Assembly: GCA_025603075.1 (NCBI GenBank)
Contig: MU626263.1
Span: forward strand, 62,001-126,000
DNA from: Neoconidiobolus thromboides FSU 785
Lineage: Eukaryota > Fungi > Entomophthoromycota
Reading direction: 5' to 3'
DNA: 64,000 bases
Shown here: positions 61,482 through 64,000 of the stretch, one piece after another
Layout: each line of letters opens with the position of its first letter
How positions within the stretch are numbered: position 1 is the stretch's first letter
Program-made: the position numbers and the translations under genes
Notes under the pieces: generated by a model
Databases searched by the model: none
What the model saw: the letters and a program-made list of their open reading frames with translations, nothing else
What the model was told of the DNA's origin: nothing

Positions 61482-63076
61482 AGGCTGATGTAGAGTAGAG
61501 TTCATGTTTTTATCAGAAATAAATCAAATTACTATAAATACAATGTGTATTTTTTATTGGTTACAAAAGTTTATGCTTTGTTAAATGAAATATCCTCTTA
61601 AAACTTTTCTATATTTATGGTTTTGGTAAATAGATATGATGATAATTCATTGTTATGATCAATAGCTTCAGATTAAATAGAATAAGAGCGAGTGTTAATG
61701 TTTGGAGTAATGATTTATCGAATTTAGTCTCAGCAAGCTAGTGACTGAATCTACATTGTTAATGTTAAAGTAGCTAAGGTAACATAGAAAGTGTGAAAAG
61801 TACTATTACTCATCCATAATAAGAAAAATTGTTTATCAGTTTATAAAAAAAAATTTTGAACAAATTGATAAAATGTAATAAAAATGAGTTAAAAGTTTTA
61901 TAACATATTAAAAATGTTCAGAATTTTAATCATTATAAAGTTAAAGAAAATTTCGTATGAGGTTTTAAATATTTAAAATATCAATAAAATTAAGATACTA
62001 ATCATATAAAAAGATATTTTTTATAGTGAATATTGCAATACCCTGTGAGAATCAGTATAAATATCAGGGTTAAAAAATACTGCAACAATAAGATCTATCA
62101 AATTGTATTTTTAGTTAAATATACAAAGCTTTTAAAATCGAAAAATCCCTATTGTTAAAAAAAATTAATAAATGAATGAAAAAGTCAAAACAATCAAAAT
62201 GAAGAAGCATTGCATGAAAATTCTTTATTGAAAATACATAAATACTTTTTTCTGTTAGATAAAAAATTATACAACATCAATTAAATACCCATTTTTTTCT
62301 AGATGTAACCTTTTATCTATTGTTTATATACTATTAAAGTTAATATCTTTACTACATAATAACCTTTTCTTTTTTAAGATAAGAGATACATACCTATATC
62401 AACCGATCTCAAGATCTCTTTAATAACCAAAGGTTTTAAAAAAAATTATATTAACGATGAAAATCAATATATGCGAAACCGTCATAGACTAATAACTATT
62501 TATTATGATCCTTTAATGTGCCATAAACTTGATGTCGGCTCAGATAAAGCAGAACGATTTCTTATTGTATTTAAAACGGAAACTAAATTATAGGGTTGGG
62601 ATGGTACTGAAAAAGGAAAACATACCTTCGGTATAAAATAGCTATCCTTTAAGCTGACCGGAGTTGGAAAGGTTTAAACAAAAACTCATGTCTAAAACAA
62701 GTTTTTCACAGTGTGCGTCAATTTTAAATAGATTTGAGAATACTGTAAAAAAAAAAAGAGATAGTTTTCACAAAAAAATGTTATCAAGTGTAAATAATTT
62801 TGAGAATAACAGCGAATGTTTTATATAAACTACTATATATCTGTTACTCTATTTTTACAAAGTATGTTTTTAGAACAGTCTATACAATAATCTTAAGAGT
62901 TACGAACTAATAGAATTCAATCACTTAACGCTATTAAAATTGTTTTTGAAAAATAGTCCCAAAATCTATTTATTAATGAAAAACTACGTCTTAGATGTAA
63001 TATTGTCCATAAAATATTTTACAATCTTGTTTTTATTTTTATTTTATTCTGGTGGAAATTAATCTAATTATATTAT

Positions 63077-64000
63077 CTATTTCTTTTTACCCTTTCCTTT
63101 AGTTGGTACAGCTGCTGGAGCTTCAGCGCTTTCCTTCTTTTTAGGTTTGCAAGTAAAATCAAGGGATGGTAATTCAACATTAAAGATTTCCTTATGTAAT
63201 CTAAGACCAACTTCATACATATTGGCATTTGGATTTTTCTTCATTTCTTCCAAAATAGCATCAGCTAAGATTTTGGGTTTTGGTGTAATGTCAGAAAGCT
63301 TCACTTTTTTATCTTCTAAGTCTTTTAACGTTTTGTTGATATCTTCATATTCATATCTATCTGCACGGATACCCACGCCTGGTGGTGCATTTGTTTTAAG
63401 GTACTCCAATAAATTATTTAAAGCTTCTGGATGGGCATCTTTTAATTGTAACAATCTTTTATGAGTTTTCCTTTCAAAGACTTCTTGTCGTTTTTTATGA
63501 ACGAATGGTGACTTTGGAACCGCCCAACGTTCAGTTTTAGTTGGCAATGAAACCATACCACTGCATGGAATATTCAATTCATATGAAGCACGTCTTGCGA
63601 AATCAACATAGAAATCAACAATTGAAGGAATGAAACTTCTAAAATGTAAGTTACAGCTGACTATATTATGCTTGGACTCAACTTTTTGTGGTTCTAATAT
63701 ATTTAATTTTTAATAAAAAGAAATTATGTTTATTTACTTACTTTTATAAATTGGATCAATGTTCTCGGAGTCATTAACTTTAACTGCATTTCTATCTGGT
63801 AAAACTGGGAGATCGGCAATTGGGTCAAACATACTAAAGTTTTTATTGTTAGTTTATGGCCATTAAGTTGATCATTAAATTGATATCAATAAACTTATAA
63901 ATATTTACGTTGATATTTCACGAGCTTTAATTGCTGATATTTTTGGTATAGCAGCTATCTAAAAGGTTATTATATAAGAAGCTCCTAGATTTAAAATATA
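63077..64000 (-). CDS. RSM10: Mitochondrial ribosomal protein uS10m (5' end outside the window)
   Basis: FYVDFARRASYELNIPCSGMVSLPTKTERWAVPKSPFVHKKRQEVFERKTHKRLLQ. Confidence 0.93.

Noticed and set aside
8713-63464. Short antisense or off-frame ORFs (8713, 15675, 15774, 22429, 25286, 27686, 30490, 38779, 51685, 52789, 53405, 58200, 63147)
   Set aside because: They are shadows of real genes; the poly-Leu/Ser content mirrors AAT and GAT repeats on the coding strand.

Overview
This is a very AT-rich eukaryotic window with short (about 45-100 nt) GT-AG introns, most consistent with an early-diverging fungus. A mitochondrial ribosomal protein gene argues against anaerobic gut fungi; an entomophthoralean (Conidiobolus-like) origin is a guess. 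Compact blocks hold about 20 recognisable genes: an HSL-like lipase, ELP1, PUS7, a ZIP transporter, MED4, an NVJ2-like gene, a SAMHD1-like HD protein, a GH18 chitinase, a Rua1-domain protein, IPA1/UBE3D, a DusA-type synthase, RPN9, TMEM256, TMEM19, an AA7 FAD oxidase, DSC3, a Greatwall/Rim15-like kinase, AFG2, PsuG and RSM10, plus one initiator tRNA-Met. These blocks alternate with AT-rich islands full of decayed sequence. The main structure the genes do not explain is a dispersed ~97-bp MITE-like repeat (about 18 copies, GGGGATGT...ACACCCC ends, ATAT-like flanks, central CGCT-CAAAT-AGCG hairpin). Its copies occur as inverted pairs, bracket a secreted oxidase gene, and adjoin a shuffled ~1-kb duplicated element whose copies differ mainly by C>T/G>A transitions. 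Other leads are an intronless bacterial-type (YqjZ-like) ABM gene, a stand-alone divergent PsuG, four uridine modification/turnover genes in one window, a Tyr-rich small secreted protein, a perfect 26-bp hairpin and a decayed P-loop NTPase. All annotation was done by eye; no database searches were run.
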